Below, in pieces: positions 41,441 to 53,891 of a stretch of DNA of 64,000 nucleotides. How positions within the stretch are numbered: the stretch's first letter is position 1; each line of letters begins with the position of its first letter. Source of the stretch: Alphaproteobacteria bacterium (GTDB taxonomy: Bacteria; Pseudomonadota; Alphaproteobacteria; SHVV01); the NCBI GenBank assembly GCA_965261735.1, contig OZ253470.1, positions 2,080,001 through 2,144,000 of the forward strand, written 5' to 3'. Under the pieces are notes generated by a model. It ran no database searches and had not been told where the DNA came from. It saw only the letters and a list, made by a program, of their open reading frames with translations. The translations under genes and the position numbers were made by a program.

Positions 41441-43258
41441 ATGAGACTCACCACACCTGGGTTGGCGGTCGCGTTAGTGGCGCTGGGGATTGCCGGCGCC
41501 GCCGCCGAGGAGAAGGTCACGGTCAGCCATGCGCTGTCCCTCACCGGGAGCCCCAAGTACGGGCCCGACTTCGAGCAGCTCGACTATGCCAACCCGGCGG
41601 CACCCAAGGGCGGGGTCTTCCGCCAGCACGCCATCGGCAGCTTCGATACCCTCAACCCGTTCATACTGAAGGGCGCACCCGTGGGCGGGACGGGCCTCAC
41701 CTTCGAGGCGCTGATGACGTCGACGAGCGATGACATGTCCGCCGAATACGGGCTGCTCGCCGAGAGCATCGAGGTACCCGACGATCTTACCTGGGTTGCC
41801 TTCACCCTGCGCCCCGAAGCGCGCTGGCACGACGGCACGCCGGTCACGGTCGAGGACGTGATCTTCAGCTTCGAGACACTGAAAGCCAAGGGCCGCCCCT
41901 TTTACCGCTTCTACTATGCCAACGTGGTCAGCGCCGAAGTGACCGGCCCGCGCAAGGTCACCTTCCGTTTCACCGGCCAGACGAACCGCGAGCTTCCGCA
42001 GATCATGGGCCAGCTGCCGATTCTGTCGAAGGCGTACTGGTCGACGCGCGACTTCGAGAGGGCGACGCTCGAGCCGATGCTCGGCAGCGGCCCCTATCGC
42101 GTCGCCGCGGTCGAGGCCGGGCGCTCGATCACCTACGAGCGCGTTCCCGACTACTGGGGCAAGGATCTACCGATCAACCGCGGCCGCTTCAACTTCGATC
42201 GGCTTCGCATCGACTACTATCGCGACGATACGGTGGCGCTCGAGGCGTTCAAGGCCGGGAAGTACGACTTCCGCCTCGAGTCGACCTCCAAGGTTTGGGC
42301 GACGCTCTACAACTTTCCGGCGCGCACGAAGGGCGATGTCATCAAGACCGAGGTGCCACATTCGCGGCCCACGGGGATGCAGTCCTTCGTCTTCAATACC
42401 CGCCGCGACAAGTTTCGCGACCGCAGGGTGCGCCAGGCCTTGGCGCACGCTTTCGACTTCGAGTGGAGCAACAAGACGCTGTTCTATGGGCAATACACCC
42501 GCACCTCGAGTTACTTCTCCAACTCCGAGCTGGCCGCTCGGGGCATGCCGACCCAGGCCGAGCTCACGATACTCAACCCGTTCCGCGGCGTGGTGCCCGA
42601 CGAGGTGTTCACCGACCTGTATCAGCCGCCGATCACCGGCGGCTCGGGCAACATCCGCCGCAACTTGCGGACCGCCAGCAAGCTGCTCGCCGAGGCCGGC
42701 TGGGTGATCCGGGGCGGCAAGCTAGTGTGGCCCGAGACCGGCGCACCTATGGAGATCGAATTCCTCCTCGTGCAGCCCGCGTTCGAGCGCGTGGTGTCAC
42801 CGATCATCAAGAACCTCGAGCGCCTTGGCGTCGTCGCGGGCATTCGCACGATCGACAGTTCGCAGTACATCAACCGCATTCGCGAGTACGATTTCGACAT
42901 CGTCGTCAGCAGCTGGGGCCAGTCGGAATCGCCGGGCAACGAGCAGCGCGATTTCTGGAGTTCGGAGGCCGCCGACCGCCCGGGCAGCCGCAATCTCGCC
43001 GGCATCAGGGACCCGGCGGTCGATGCGTTGATCGAGAAGATCGTCGCCGCGCCCGACCGCGCAAGCCTCGTCACCGCGACGCGCGCGCTCGACCGGGTGC
43101 TGCTGTGGGGCCACTACGTCATCCCCAACTGGCATATCCGCTTCGAGCGCATCGCCTACTGGAACAAGTTCGGCAAGACCGGCGAGACACCGAAATACGG
43201 CATCGATTTATTCGCATGGTGGATCGACCCGGCCAAGGCAGCGGCGCTCGGGCAGTAG
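41441..43258 (+). CDS. yejA: ABC peptide transporter substrate-binding protein (YejA-like) 1
   Basis: YANPAAPKGG, FDTLNPFI, ARWHDG.PVT.EDV, SPGNEQR. Confidence 0.9.
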   Translation: MRLTTPGLAVALVALGIAGAAAEEKVTVSHALSLTGSPKYGPDFEQLDYANPAAPKGGVFRQHAIGSFDTLNPFILKGAPVGGTGLTFEALMTSTSDDMSAEYGLLAESIEVPDDLTWVAFTLRPEARWHDGTPVTVEDVIFSFETLKAKGRPFYRFYYANVVSAEVTGPRKVTFRFTGQTNRELPQIMGQLPILSKAYWSTRDFERATLEPMLGSGPYRVAAVEAGRSITYERVPDYWGKDLPINRGRFNFDRLRIDYYRDDTVALEAFKAGKYDFRLESTSKVWATLYNFPARTKGDVIKTEVPHSRPTGMQSFVFNTRRDKFRDRRVRQALAHAFDFEWSNKTLFYGQYTRTSSYFSNSELAARGMPTQAELTILNPFRGVVPDEVFTDLYQPPITGGSGNIRRNLRTASKLLAEAGWVIRGGKLVWPETGAPMEIEFLLVQPAFERVVSPIIKNLERLGVVAGIRTIDSSQYINRIREYDFDIVVSSWGQSESPGNEQRDFWSSEAADRPGSRNLAGIRDPAVDALIEKIVAAPDRASLVTATRALDRVLLWGHYVIPNWHIRFERIAYWNKFGKTGETPKYGIDLFAWWIDPAKAAALGQ

Positions 43259-43279
43259 ATCGAGCCCGAGGGCGCGGCA

Positions 43280-45130
43280 ATGCGGGAGCAGGTGATGAAA
43301 GCGTGTGGGCCCGCGACGGGGGCGATCGTGGCCCTTGCCCTTTGCTTCGCCGCCAGTGCGGCAACCGCCGAGCCCAAGCACGGCATATCGGTGTTCGGCG
43401 ACCTCAAATACGGGCCCGATTTCGCCCACTTCGAGTACGTCAACCCGGACGCCCCCAAGGGCGGCGAGATGCGGCTCTCGTTCATCGGCTCGTTCGACAA
43501 CCTCAATCCTTATATCCTCAAGGGTGATGCCGCGGAGGACGCGGGGCTGCAGTTCGATACCTTGATGGCGGCGGCTGGCGACGAGCCGGACGCGCTCTAC
43601 GGCCTCGTCGCAGAGGGCATCGAACTGGCACCGGACCGCTCGTGGGCGTTGTTCACCCTCAGGTCCGAGGCACGCTGGCACGATGGCAGCCCGATCACCC
43701 CCGAGGACGTCGTCTTCTCCTTCGAGACGCTCAAGAGCAAGGGCCACCCACGCCTAAGGCTCGTCTACCGCGACATCGAGGGCGCCGAGGCGGTGGCGCC
43801 AAATCAGGTCAGGTTCCGCTTCAAGCCCGTGGAAAACAGGGATCTGCCGGTCATTGCCGCAGGCCTCCCGGTGCTCTCGAAGGCCTACTTCAGCGCCCAT
43901 CCCTTCGAGCGCACGACACTCGAGCCGATCATGGGGTCCGGTCCCTATCGGGTCGCCAAGGTCGAACCGGGGCGCTCGGTCACCTACCGCCGGGTGACCG
44001 ACTACTGGGCGCGCGACCTGCCGGTCAACCGCGGCCGCTACAACCTGGATGTGATCCGCTACGACTACTACCGCGACCGCGACGTCGCCATGGAAGCGTT
44101 CAAGTCCGGGGACTACGACTTCCGCGAGGAATTCACCTCCAAGGTTTGGGCCACGGGCTACAACTTTCTTGCGATCGAGCGCGGATGGGTGGTGCGCGAG
44201 ACCCTACCCGACGCGCGGCCCGCGGGAACGCAGGCCTTCTTCCTCAACGTCCGCCTCGACAAGTTCGCCCACCCCAAGGTGCGTGAAGCGATCGGTTACG
44301 CCTTCGACTACGAGTGGCTGAACAAGAACATGTTCCACGGGCAATATGGCCGCACCCGCAGCATGTTCCAGAACTCGCCTTTGGCCGCGAGCGGCCCGCC
44401 CTCGACCGCCGAGAGCGCCGTGCTCGAAGCGTATCGCGACCAGCTCCCGGCGCACGCCTTCACCCAGGAGTACAACCCGCCGGCGACCGACGGTAGCGGC
44501 AACATCCGCGGGCAGCTGCGCGCGGCCGCCAAGCTGCTCGCCGAGGCCGGTTGGGAGATCAAGGACGGCGTGCTCGTCGGGCCCGACGGAGCGCCGCTCG
44601 AGATCGAGTTCCTGATCGACGAGCCCACGTTCGAGCGCATCATCGGCCCGTTCATCAAGAATCTCGAAAAGCTCGGCATCGCGGCGCGCATTCGTACCGT
44701 CGATTCGGCCCAGTACCAGAACCGCTTCGAGCAGTTCGACTACGACGTGGTCGTCGCTCGCTTCCTGATGTCGATGACGCCGGGGGTCGAACAGCGCAAC
44801 ATGTGGGGCTCCGAAGCCGCCGACCTGCCGGGCAGCTACAACCTGAGCGGAATCAAGAATCCGGTCGTCGATGCGCTGATCGAGCAGGCCGTCGCGGCCC
44901 CCGACCGCGCCAGCCTGACCACCATCGTGCGCGCGCTCGACCGGGTGTTGATGTGGAACCACTACGTCGTCCCGCAGTGGTACAAAGCGGTGCACAACAT
45001 CGCCTATTGGGACAAGTTCGCGCGCCCGGCGATGAAGCCGAAATTCGCGCCCGGCTATCACGACACCTGGTGGTTCGATCGAGACAAGGCCAAGGCCCTG
45101 GAGGTCGCGCGCAGCGGCAGCAAGGGGTGA
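43280..45130 (+). CDS. yejA: ABC peptide transporter substrate-binding protein (YejA-like) 2
   Basis: YVNPDAPKGG, FDNLNPYI, ARWHDGSPITPEDV; diverged paralog of the upstream gene. Confidence 0.9.
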   Translation: MREQVMKACGPATGAIVALALCFAASAATAEPKHGISVFGDLKYGPDFAHFEYVNPDAPKGGEMRLSFIGSFDNLNPYILKGDAAEDAGLQFDTLMAAAGDEPDALYGLVAEGIELAPDRSWALFTLRSEARWHDGSPITPEDVVFSFETLKSKGHPRLRLVYRDIEGAEAVAPNQVRFRFKPVENRDLPVIAAGLPVLSKAYFSAHPFERTTLEPIMGSGPYRVAKVEPGRSVTYRRVTDYWARDLPVNRGRYNLDVIRYDYYRDRDVAMEAFKSGDYDFREEFTSKVWATGYNFLAIERGWVVRETLPDARPAGTQAFFLNVRLDKFAHPKVREAIGYAFDYEWLNKNMFHGQYGRTRSMFQNSPLAASGPPSTAESAVLEAYRDQLPAHAFTQEYNPPATDGSGNIRGQLRAAAKLLAEAGWEIKDGVLVGPDGAPLEIEFLIDEPTFERIIGPFIKNLEKLGIAARIRTVDSAQYQNRFEQFDYDVVVARFLMSMTPGVEQRNMWGSEAADLPGSYNLSGIKNPVVDALIEQAVAAPDRASLTTIVRALDRVLMWNHYVVPQWYKAVHNIAYWDKFARPAMKPKFAPGYHDTWWFDRDKAKALEVARSGSKG

Positions 45131-45139
45131 ACCGGCGCT

Positions 45140-46252
45140 ATGTTCGCCTACATCGTCCGCCGACTGCTGCTCATCATCCCGACCCTGTTCGGGATCATGG
45201 TCATCAACTTCGCCGTCGTGCAGGTGGCGCCGGGAGGTCCGGTCGAGCAGCTGATCGCGCAGATCACCGGCACGGCGGTCGATGCGACGGCGCGCATCGG
45301 CGGTAGCGCCGGCGGCGAGCTCGGCCCCGGCCAATCGAGCGGCGGCACCGCCGCCAGCGACGTCACCAGCAAGTATCGCGGCGCGCGCGGTCTCGATCCC
45401 GAGTTCATCAAGGAGCTCGAGCGCCTCTACGGCTTCGACAAGCCGCTGCACGAGCGCTTCATCCACATGATGGGGAGCTACCTGCGCTTCGATTTCGGCG
45501 AGAGCTATTTCCGTGACCGCTCGGTCATCGACCTCGTCCTCGACAAGATGCCGGTGTCGATCTCGCTCGGCCTGTGGACGACGCTGATCGTCTACCTCGT
45601 CTCCATACCGCTCGGCATCCGCAAGGCAGTGCGCGACGGCAGCACCTTCGACGTGTGGACGAGCGGTGTCATCATCGTCGGCCAGGCGGTGCCGAGCTTC
45701 CTGTTTGCGGTGCTGCTGATCGTCCTGTTCGCCGGCGGCAGCTACTTCGACTGGTTCCCCTTACGCGGGCTGACCTCGGAGAACTGGGCGGAACTATCGG
45801 GGCCCGAGCGCATCCTCGACTATTTCTGGCACCTCGCGCTGCCGATTCTGTCGCTGGTGATCGGCAGCTTCGCGGGGCTCACCATGCTGACCAAGAACTC
45901 CTTCCTCGATCAGATCAACCAGCAATACGTGCTGACCGCCCGCGCCAAGGGGCTGAGCCAGCGCCGCGTGCTCTACGGCCACGTGTTCCGCAACGCCATG
46001 CTCATCGTCATCGCCGGTTTTCCGAGCGCGTTCATCGGCATTCTGTTTACCGGCGCGCTCCTGACCGAGATCATCTTCTCGCTCGACGGCCTCGGCCTGC
46101 TCGGCTTCCAGGCCGTGATCAACCGCGACTATCCGGTCTTCCTCGGCACCCTGTACGCGTTCACGCTGCTCGGCCTCGTCATGACCATCATCAGGGACCT
46201 GATGTACGTCATCGTCGACCCGCGCATCGACTTCGAGACGCGCGAGGTCTAG
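45140..46252 (+). CDS. yejB: Microcin C/peptide ABC permease
   Basis: [41 protein letters not shown]. Confidence 0.94.
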   Translation: MFAYIVRRLLLIIPTLFGIMVINFAVVQVAPGGPVEQLIAQITGTAVDATARIGGSAGGELGPGQSSGGTAASDVTSKYRGARGLDPEFIKELERLYGFDKPLHERFIHMMGSYLRFDFGESYFRDRSVIDLVLDKMPVSISLGLWTTLIVYLVSIPLGIRKAVRDGSTFDVWTSGVIIVGQAVPSFLFAVLLIVLFAGGSYFDWFPLRGLTSENWAELSGPERILDYFWHLALPILSLVIGSFAGLTMLTKNSFLDQINQQYVLTARAKGLSQRRVLYGHVFRNAMLIVIAGFPSAFIGILFTGALLTEIIFSLDGLGLLGFQAVINRDYPVFLGTLYAFTLLGLVMTIIRDLMYVIVDPRIDFETREV

Positions 46253-46257
46253 GGGCC

Positions 46258-47407
46258 ATGAGCGAGCGCATCCTCGGAATGAAGCTCACGCCGCTCGGGC
46301 GGCGGCGGCTTCGCAACTTCAGGGCCAACCGGCGCGGCTTCTGGTCGTTGTGGATATTCCTCGTCCTCTTCGCCGCCACCCTGCCGGCCGAGTTCGTCGC
46401 CAACGACCAGCCCTTGTTGGTGCGCTTCGACGGCAGCTTCTACGTCCCGGTGTTGTTCGGCTATGCCGAAACCGAGTTCGGCGGCGATTTCGCGACCGAA
46501 ACCGACTACCGCGACCCGTTCGTCAAGGAGCTCATTACCGAGCGTGGGTGGATCCTGTGGCCGCTGATCGAGTACGACTACTCGACCATCAACCTCGATC
46601 TGCCGGTGCCGGCGCCGGCGCCACCATCGGCGGAAAACTGGTTCGGCACCGACGACCAGGGGCGTGACGTGGTCGCGCGCCTGATTTACGGCTTCCGCAT
46701 CTCGGTGCTGTTCGGCCTGGTGCTCACCTTCTTCAGCTCGATCATGGGCGTCGCGGCCGGCGCGGTGCAGGGCTATTTCGGCGGCTGGACGGACCTCCTG
46801 TTCCAGCGCTTCATCGAGATCTGGTCGGGGCTGCCGACCCTGTTCCTGCTCATCATCCTGGCGAGCATCGTCGAGCCCAATTTCTGGTGGCTCATGGGTC
46901 TCATGCTGCTGTTCAGCTGGATGGCGCTGGAAGGCGTGGTGAGGGCCGAGTTCCTGCGCGCGCGCAACTTCGACTACGTCCGCGCCGCCCGCGCGCTCGG
47001 CGTCGGCAATGTCACGATCATGTTCAAGCACCTCCTGCCCAACGCCATGGTGGCGACGCTTACGTTCCTGCCGTTCATCCTCAGCGGGTCGATTACCGTG
47101 CTGACCTCGCTCGACTTTCTCGGCTTCGGCCTGCCGCCGGGATCGGCCTCGCTCGGCGAGATGCTCGCGCAGGGCAAGGCCAACCTCCAGGCGCCGTGGC
47201 TCGGCATCGCCTCGTTCCTCGTCATCGCCATCATGCTGAGCCTGCTCATCTTCATCGGCGAGGCTGTGCGCGATGCCTTCGATCCGCGCAAGATCATCGC
47301 CGCGGTCGAGGACGATGCGCCAGCGCCGGCGGCGCCGGCACTGGCCACGGCGAAGGCCGAGGTCGGCGGCGAGAGCGGCGCGCACGGCGGCGGCGGCGGG
47401 TCGCGCG

Positions 47408-47415
<8 letters not shown>
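46258..47415 (+). CDS. yejE: Microcin C/peptide ABC permease
   Basis: GTDDQGRDV.ARLIYGFRIS, VRAEFLRAR, GEAVRDAFDPRK. Confidence 0.93.
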
Positions 47416-49032
<1,617 letters not shown>

Positions 49033-49036
<4 letters not shown>

Positions 49037-49959
49037 AGCCGGCCGCGCTGTTCACGAGCGACTACTACCGCGCCGAGGATTGGCTGCCGGCGCTCGCCCG
49101 GCGGCTACCCGAGCTCGAGGTTCGCGTCTGGCCCGATATCGGCGCCGCGGACGAGATCGACATCGCGCTCGTCCACAATCCGCCGCCGGGCTTCTTCGCC
49201 AGCCTACCGGGCTTGCGCGCCATCATCGCCATCACGGCGGGGGTCGAGAACCTGCTCGCCGACCCCGAGCTGCCCGAGGTACCCATGGCCCGCGCCGTGG
49301 ACGAGCGCTTCTCGCTCGACATGGCCCAGTACGTGGTGTTGCACGCGCTGCGCCACGCCCGCCACATGCCCGAGGTCGTGGCCCACCAGCGCGCCCGGCG
49401 CTGGCGCCCGATGCTGCCCCGGCGCGAGGCCACCGCCGGGGTCATGGGCCTCGGCGCGATGGGCGCCACAGCGGCGCGGGCCCTTGCGGCCGTCGGTCTC
49501 GGCGTCGCCGGGTGGAGCCGCACCGCCAAGGACATCGCCGGGATCGACTGCTATTCCGGCGCCCAAGGGCTGGGGCCGTTCCTCGCCGCGACCGATATTC
49601 TCGTCTGCCTGCTGCCGCTGACCCCGGCCACGCGCGACCTGATCGACGCTGAGATGCTCGGCCGCCTGCGACCCGGCGCCTGTTTCATCAACGCCGGGCG
49701 CGGCCACCAGGTGGTCGATGCCGACCTGCTGGCGGCGCTCGACTCGGGCCAGCTCGCGCACGCCACCCTCGATGTCTTCCGCGAGGAGCCGCTGCCCGCC
49801 GATAGCCCCTACTGGGACCACCCGGGCGTGACCCTCACCTGCCACAGCGCGTCCGACCCCAACCCCGACTCGATGGCGGTCACGATCGCCGAGAACATCC
49901 GCCGCGCCCGCGCCGGCCAACCGCTGCTCGACCCCATCGACCGCGCGCGCGGGTATTGA
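49033..49959 (+). CDS. ghrA: Glyoxylate/hydroxypyruvate reductase A-like D-2-hydroxyacid dehydrogenase
   Basis: GVMGLGAMG, LLPLTPAT, INAGRG, LDVFREEPLP. Confidence 0.82.
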
Positions 49960-49980
49960 GGGGGCCTGCTCCGCGGCCGC

Positions 49981-50216
49981 AAGGCCAGCCCTGAGGACAC
50001 AAGGCGTGAGGACATCAGGCATGGGGACGCGAGGCCGCCCCATGACGCCCGAGGCCGTCCATGAGGACATGAGATATGAGGAGGCAAGCCGCCCCATGAG
50101 GAGGCGAGACCAGCCTTGAGGACGCAGGCAGGCGATGAGGGCACAGGGCCGTAGGGCACGAGGACATGAGGCATTAGAACGGCGAGACCGGCCATAAGGA
50201 CGCAAGGCGTGACGAC
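49981..50216. repeat. Degenerate direct-repeat array, about 13 units anchored on TGAGGA(C/G), mostly 15 or about 20 nt long
   Basis: Unit starts at 49992, 50007, 50022, 50043, 50062, 50077, 50097, 50117, 50136, 50159, 50174, 50195, 50210. Confidence 0.85.
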
Positions 50217-50222
50217 TTCGCG

Positions 50223-50276
50223 TTGACAGGTGGCTTCGGCGCGGAGATACTAATAGGAGTTATACTCCTTTTAGTA
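50223..50276 (+). promoter_or_regulatory. Sigma70 promoter with an overlapping 29-bp palindromic operator
   Basis: TTGACA (50223-50228), 17-bp spacer, GATACT (50246-50251); palindrome TACTAATAGGAGTTATACTCCTTTTAGTA at 50248-50276. Confidence 0.75.
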
Positions 50277-50288
50277 GGTGTGAGACTC

Positions 50289-50687
50289 GTGCCAACCATC
50301 GAGCTGACCGAGGAAGTTTGGAAGGAGATCGCTCGACGGGGGCAATTCGGAGAGACCGAAGACGTGGTCTTGCGCCGTCTCTTCGGTCTCGAACAGATCC
50401 GCCACCCAAACCCCGCCGCGCCGGCCAATCGAAGCTCGCAGGGAACACCTCGCAGAAGATTCGCGACGGACCGGCAGTCGGTGTATTCGCGCGGTGATCG
50501 GTTGATCGTGTCCTACGAGAGTGGCGCACGCCAACAGTGGTCCCTACCGGCCCAGGACGACAAGCTCTCTATTCGCCGCTTGATCGACGAAGTGACGGTG
50601 TTCGGCCATGCGAACGGCGCCACTCACGGGCAGGTCTTGGCGCTCCGCAAATGGCTCACCGAACGCGGCTGGCACCTGACCAAGTAG
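50289..50687 (+). CDS. Hypothetical protein: SeqA-N/ribbon-helix-helix-like N-terminus plus an unrecognised C-terminal domain
   Basis: GTG start MPTIELTEEVWKEIARRGQFGETEDVVLRRLFGL resembles SeqA-N (MKTIEVDDELY..GESASDILRRML); Pro/Ser linker; compact C-domain. Confidence 0.7.
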   Translation: MPTIELTEEVWKEIARRGQFGETEDVVLRRLFGLEQIRHPNPAAPANRSSQGTPRRRFATDRQSVYSRGDRLIVSYESGARQQWSLPAQDDKLSIRRLIDEVTVFGHANGATHGQVLALRKWLTERGWHLTK

Positions 50688-50702
50688 CGACCGCCGCTGC
50701 CC

Positions 50703-51056
50703 TCAACCCTCGATCTGTTCGCCGGCCTTGGTGATTAGCCAGGCGAAGTCGCTCAGGTACACCGAGCCCTTGATCGTCGGCAGGACGAGCACGCTGCGCC
50801 GGTCGGCGCCGTCGCGCGACCGCCGTACGAAACCGAGCCGGCCCAGCGAATCGAGGGCCCGCGTGATCGCCGGCTTGGAGACGTTGAGGGTGGCGGCCAG
50901 GCTACCCGCCGTGTGCGGCTCCGGCGTCAGGTACACGGTCAGCATGAGCGCCATCTGCCGGGCCGAGAGATCGGGGCCGTCGCGGCGCACGTTTTGGACC
51001 AGCGCCTCGCGCCACAAATTGAGCGCCTGCCGCATGGTGTAGCTTGCTTCCGTCAT
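50703..51056 (-). CDS. MarR family transcriptional regulator
   Basis: DLSARQ, LNVSKPAITRALDSL, DRRSVLV. Confidence 0.9.
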   Translation of the reverse strand: MTEASYTMRQALNLWREALVQNVRRDGPDLSARQMALMLTVYLTPEPHTAGSLAATLNVSKPAITRALDSLGRLGFVRRSRDGADRRSVLVLPTIKGSVYLSDFAWLITKAGEQIEG

Positions 51057-51138
51057 GCCGCCTCTCCGCGGCTGCCAGATCGTTCCGGTTCCGGTTTAAT
51101 ATAGCACGGATTGCCGCCAGCGGTGCGGCGGCCGGCGA

Positions 51139-52462
51139 TCAGCCCGGATAACGCTCGGCGATCAAGGCGTAGAGTGCGCGCAAGCCTTGCGCCTCGCCGC
51201 CGAGGGGGCGGCCGGGCCGAGGTTTATGGCTCCAGGCATAGAGGTCGAGATGGGCCCAGCTCGCGGCACCGGCGACGAAACGCTGCAGGAACAGCGCCGC
51301 GGTGATGGCGCCCGCGAAGGGCGAGTCGCCGGCATTGTCGAGGTCGGCCACCCGGCTGTCGAGGACAGTCGCGGTAGGGCGCCCATAGGGGCAACCGCCA
51401 CAGCGGGTCGGCCTCGGCCTCGGCGTGGCGGGCGAGCGCGCCGGCGAGCGCATCGTCGGGCGTGAACAGGGCGGGCAGGTCGGGGCCGAGGGCGCTCCGC
51501 GCGGCGCCGGTGAGGGTTGCGCAATCGATCACCAGATCGGGCGCCTCCTCGCCCGCGAGCGCCAGCACATCGCCTGGCCGGATCGCATTGCCGGCGACGC
51601 TGTTCTCGACCGCCGGGATCAGCACCCGCAGCCGCACCGGCAGGCGCGCCGCCATGATCATTTGGGCGAGCCCGAGGACCGTGGCGGCGCCGCCCATGTC
51701 CTTCTTCATGAGCCGCATGGTGCGCGCCGGCTTAAGGTCGAGGCCGCCCGAATCGAAGCACACGCCCTTGCCGACGAGGGTCACCTTTGGTGCCGACGCC
51801 TCGCCCCAAGCAAGATCAATGAGGCGCGGCTCCCGCGTGCTCGCTCGCCCCACCGCATGGATGGCCGGCAGGTTTCGCGCCAATAGGGCGTCGCCGGCGA
51901 TGGTTTCGCAGGTGGCGCCGTGCGCCTGGGCGAGATCGGCGGCCGCGGCGGCGAGCTCGGCCGGTCCCATGTCGGCGGCCGGCGTGTTGATGAGATCGCG
52001 CACGAGGAAGACGGCGCGCACGCAGCGCACGACGTGATCGGCATCGGCCGCCGCCGGGGTCAGCAGGGTCGCGGCGTTCTCGTTCGCGCCCGCCTTATAG
52101 CGGGCGAAGCGATAGCCGCCGAGGGCGAAGCCGAGCGCGGCGTGGGTCGCTTCGCCGGCTTCAAGGGCGGCGTCGATGCGGTAGGCGGCGGCCGGCAGCG
52201 CACCCGGCAACACCGCATAGGCCCACGGGTCGATCTCGTCCGCAACCCCGAGGGCCACACCGGCAAGAACCCCGCCCTCGCCCGGCACCAGCAGCACATG
52301 GCCCGCCTTGGCGGCAAAACCCGCACGCTCGACCCACGCCGCAACGGCGGCGGGCTGCGAGCGCCGCCACGCATCGAGCCCGGCGGGCGTGAGCGGCCAA
52401 ATCGGGATGGCGCCCGAATCGGGCGCGGCGGGTGCGACGGGGGCGGCGGTGTCGTCGGACAT
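51139..52462 (-). pseudogene. Leucyl aminopeptidase (M17), catalytic NTDAEGRL segment deleted and frameshift near 51367
   Basis: LVGKGVCFDSGGLDLK, MKKDMGGAA, RPGDVL|ALAGEE, ATLTGAAR; C-terminus AGAITAALFL..WAHLD lies in another frame. Confidence 0.88.
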
Positions 52463-52686
52463 GGCACGGACCTGATATGTAGGCGGGGATAGGAGCGGAC
52501 TCTGCATCAACAGTCTCTCACCAGCCCCGTGCCGGCAACCCCGCGAGGCTCGGTATTGGTGCCGCCGAGGTGCGGCACCTAATCTCGGAGCGTCCGCCCC
52601 GCCGCGCGGGCACGTTGGCCCGCTCGCGCCTCGGCGCTCGAGGAGATCGGACGGCAACTCGCCGCGATTGCCGAGCCGGGCCGCAA

Positions 52687-53020
52687 TTAGCAGAGATCGA
52701 GGGGCTCGATCGCACGCAATACGGCGTCCGGTTGCGTGCGCGTCATCGCCATCAGGTCGTGCTTGTCGGGCGACACCTCAGACGGCGCGCCGCTATGGCC
52801 GACGACCACATCGTCCCAACCGTCGCCGTTGAAATCGCCGCGCGCGACGATCTCCAGGTAGCGCCCGCCACGCTCGGTTAGCACGACCAGCAATTCCGCG
52901 CTCGGCACTTCGACCAGCGGCGTGTCCTCGAAACGGCGCCATGGGACGCCCTTGTCGTTGGCGGCGCGGGCCCGACAGTACTGGTCATCGGAGGGGTTGG
53001 GCATCAGGACCGCCGGCAGG
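52687..53020 (-). pseudogene. C-terminal fragment of an exported protein with an FG-GAP-like Ca-binding loop
   Basis: ARGDFNGDGWDDVVV; N-terminus replaced by the transposase remnant. Confidence 0.45.
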
Positions 53021-53795
53021 TAATCTGCACGTGGACTGATGTTGTCGTTGGCCGGTGTGTCGGTTGCGCTGATCAGGGCCTTCCATGCGCGCTCGAAGCG
53101 GCCGGATTTGATCAGGGCGCGGAAGGTCAGAACAGCCTGTCCGCCGACGATCCGCCAGCGCATGCCGGAGCGCTTCATGCGCTGTGTCACCAGGGATCTT
53201 GTTGGCAGCCTCGACCACGCCTGAGCCGATGGCGATGCCCTCTTCCTTCAGGGCGTGGTAGCGCATGCGATGGCGATGCTTGCGGAAGAAGGCGAGTTCC
53301 CGCTCGGTCTCGGCCCGGTCCGGCGCAGCGGCGGCATCGCGAAGGTGGCGCAGCGCCCGGATCACCTTGGCGACGCCACGGGGATCGTGACGGAGGATCT
53401 CGCGGTACTTCTCGAACCAGCCGGGCGCCACGGCATGGTCGGACGCGGTTTGCAGATGTTCGCAAGCATGCCAGAAGTCGATCACCTCGGTTTCGGGCGA
53501 CAGGGTCTCCAGGAAGGTCCAGTTGTCGGCGGCGCCATCGGCGATAGCGACGATCCCGATCTCGGGGCGTGCTCGCCTGATGTGTGCGACTTCGCTTGCA
53601 AGCTGCGCCTTCAGCGTGAGCTTGCCGCTCTCCGGCATGGGGCCGAGATAGAGGGTCTTCAGGCGCTTGCCCTCGGCGTCGTGGAAGGAGACCGTGCCGC
53701 AGGCGGCCTCGCGCCAGGAGGCCTTGGCGCGACCGTCCTCGCCGGGTCTCAGCGGCACCATGACGCCGTCGAGGGAGACCGAGGCGTCGGCGGCG
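53020..53795 (-). mobile_element. ISKra4/ISLre2-like transposase remnant (5'-truncated, frameshift near 53195)
   Basis: VSLDGVMV, IADGAADNW, IDFWHACEHL, IGSGVVEAANK|LVTQRMKRSGMRW. Confidence 0.8.
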
Positions 53796-53891
53796 AGCGG
53801 CTCCAGCCTGTCGCGGCGCAGGACTTGGCCGACCAGGAAGATCGTTACAAGGGCGAGCACGATGACGCTTTCCATGGTTTCCTCCCATGTC

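Noticed and set aside
41441-45130. Tandem yejA as a novel duplication
   Set aside because: The paralogs are well diverged, and tandem YejA-like genes are familiar in Alphaproteobacteria.
49809-50205. Minus-strand ORFs across the repeat array as real proteins
   Set aside because: Low-complexity translations that overlap ghrA antisense; the repeat period is not a consistent multiple of 3.
49981-50216. CRISPR array
   Set aside because: No constant 23-47 bp repeat with unique spacers and no cas genes; units are short and degenerate.
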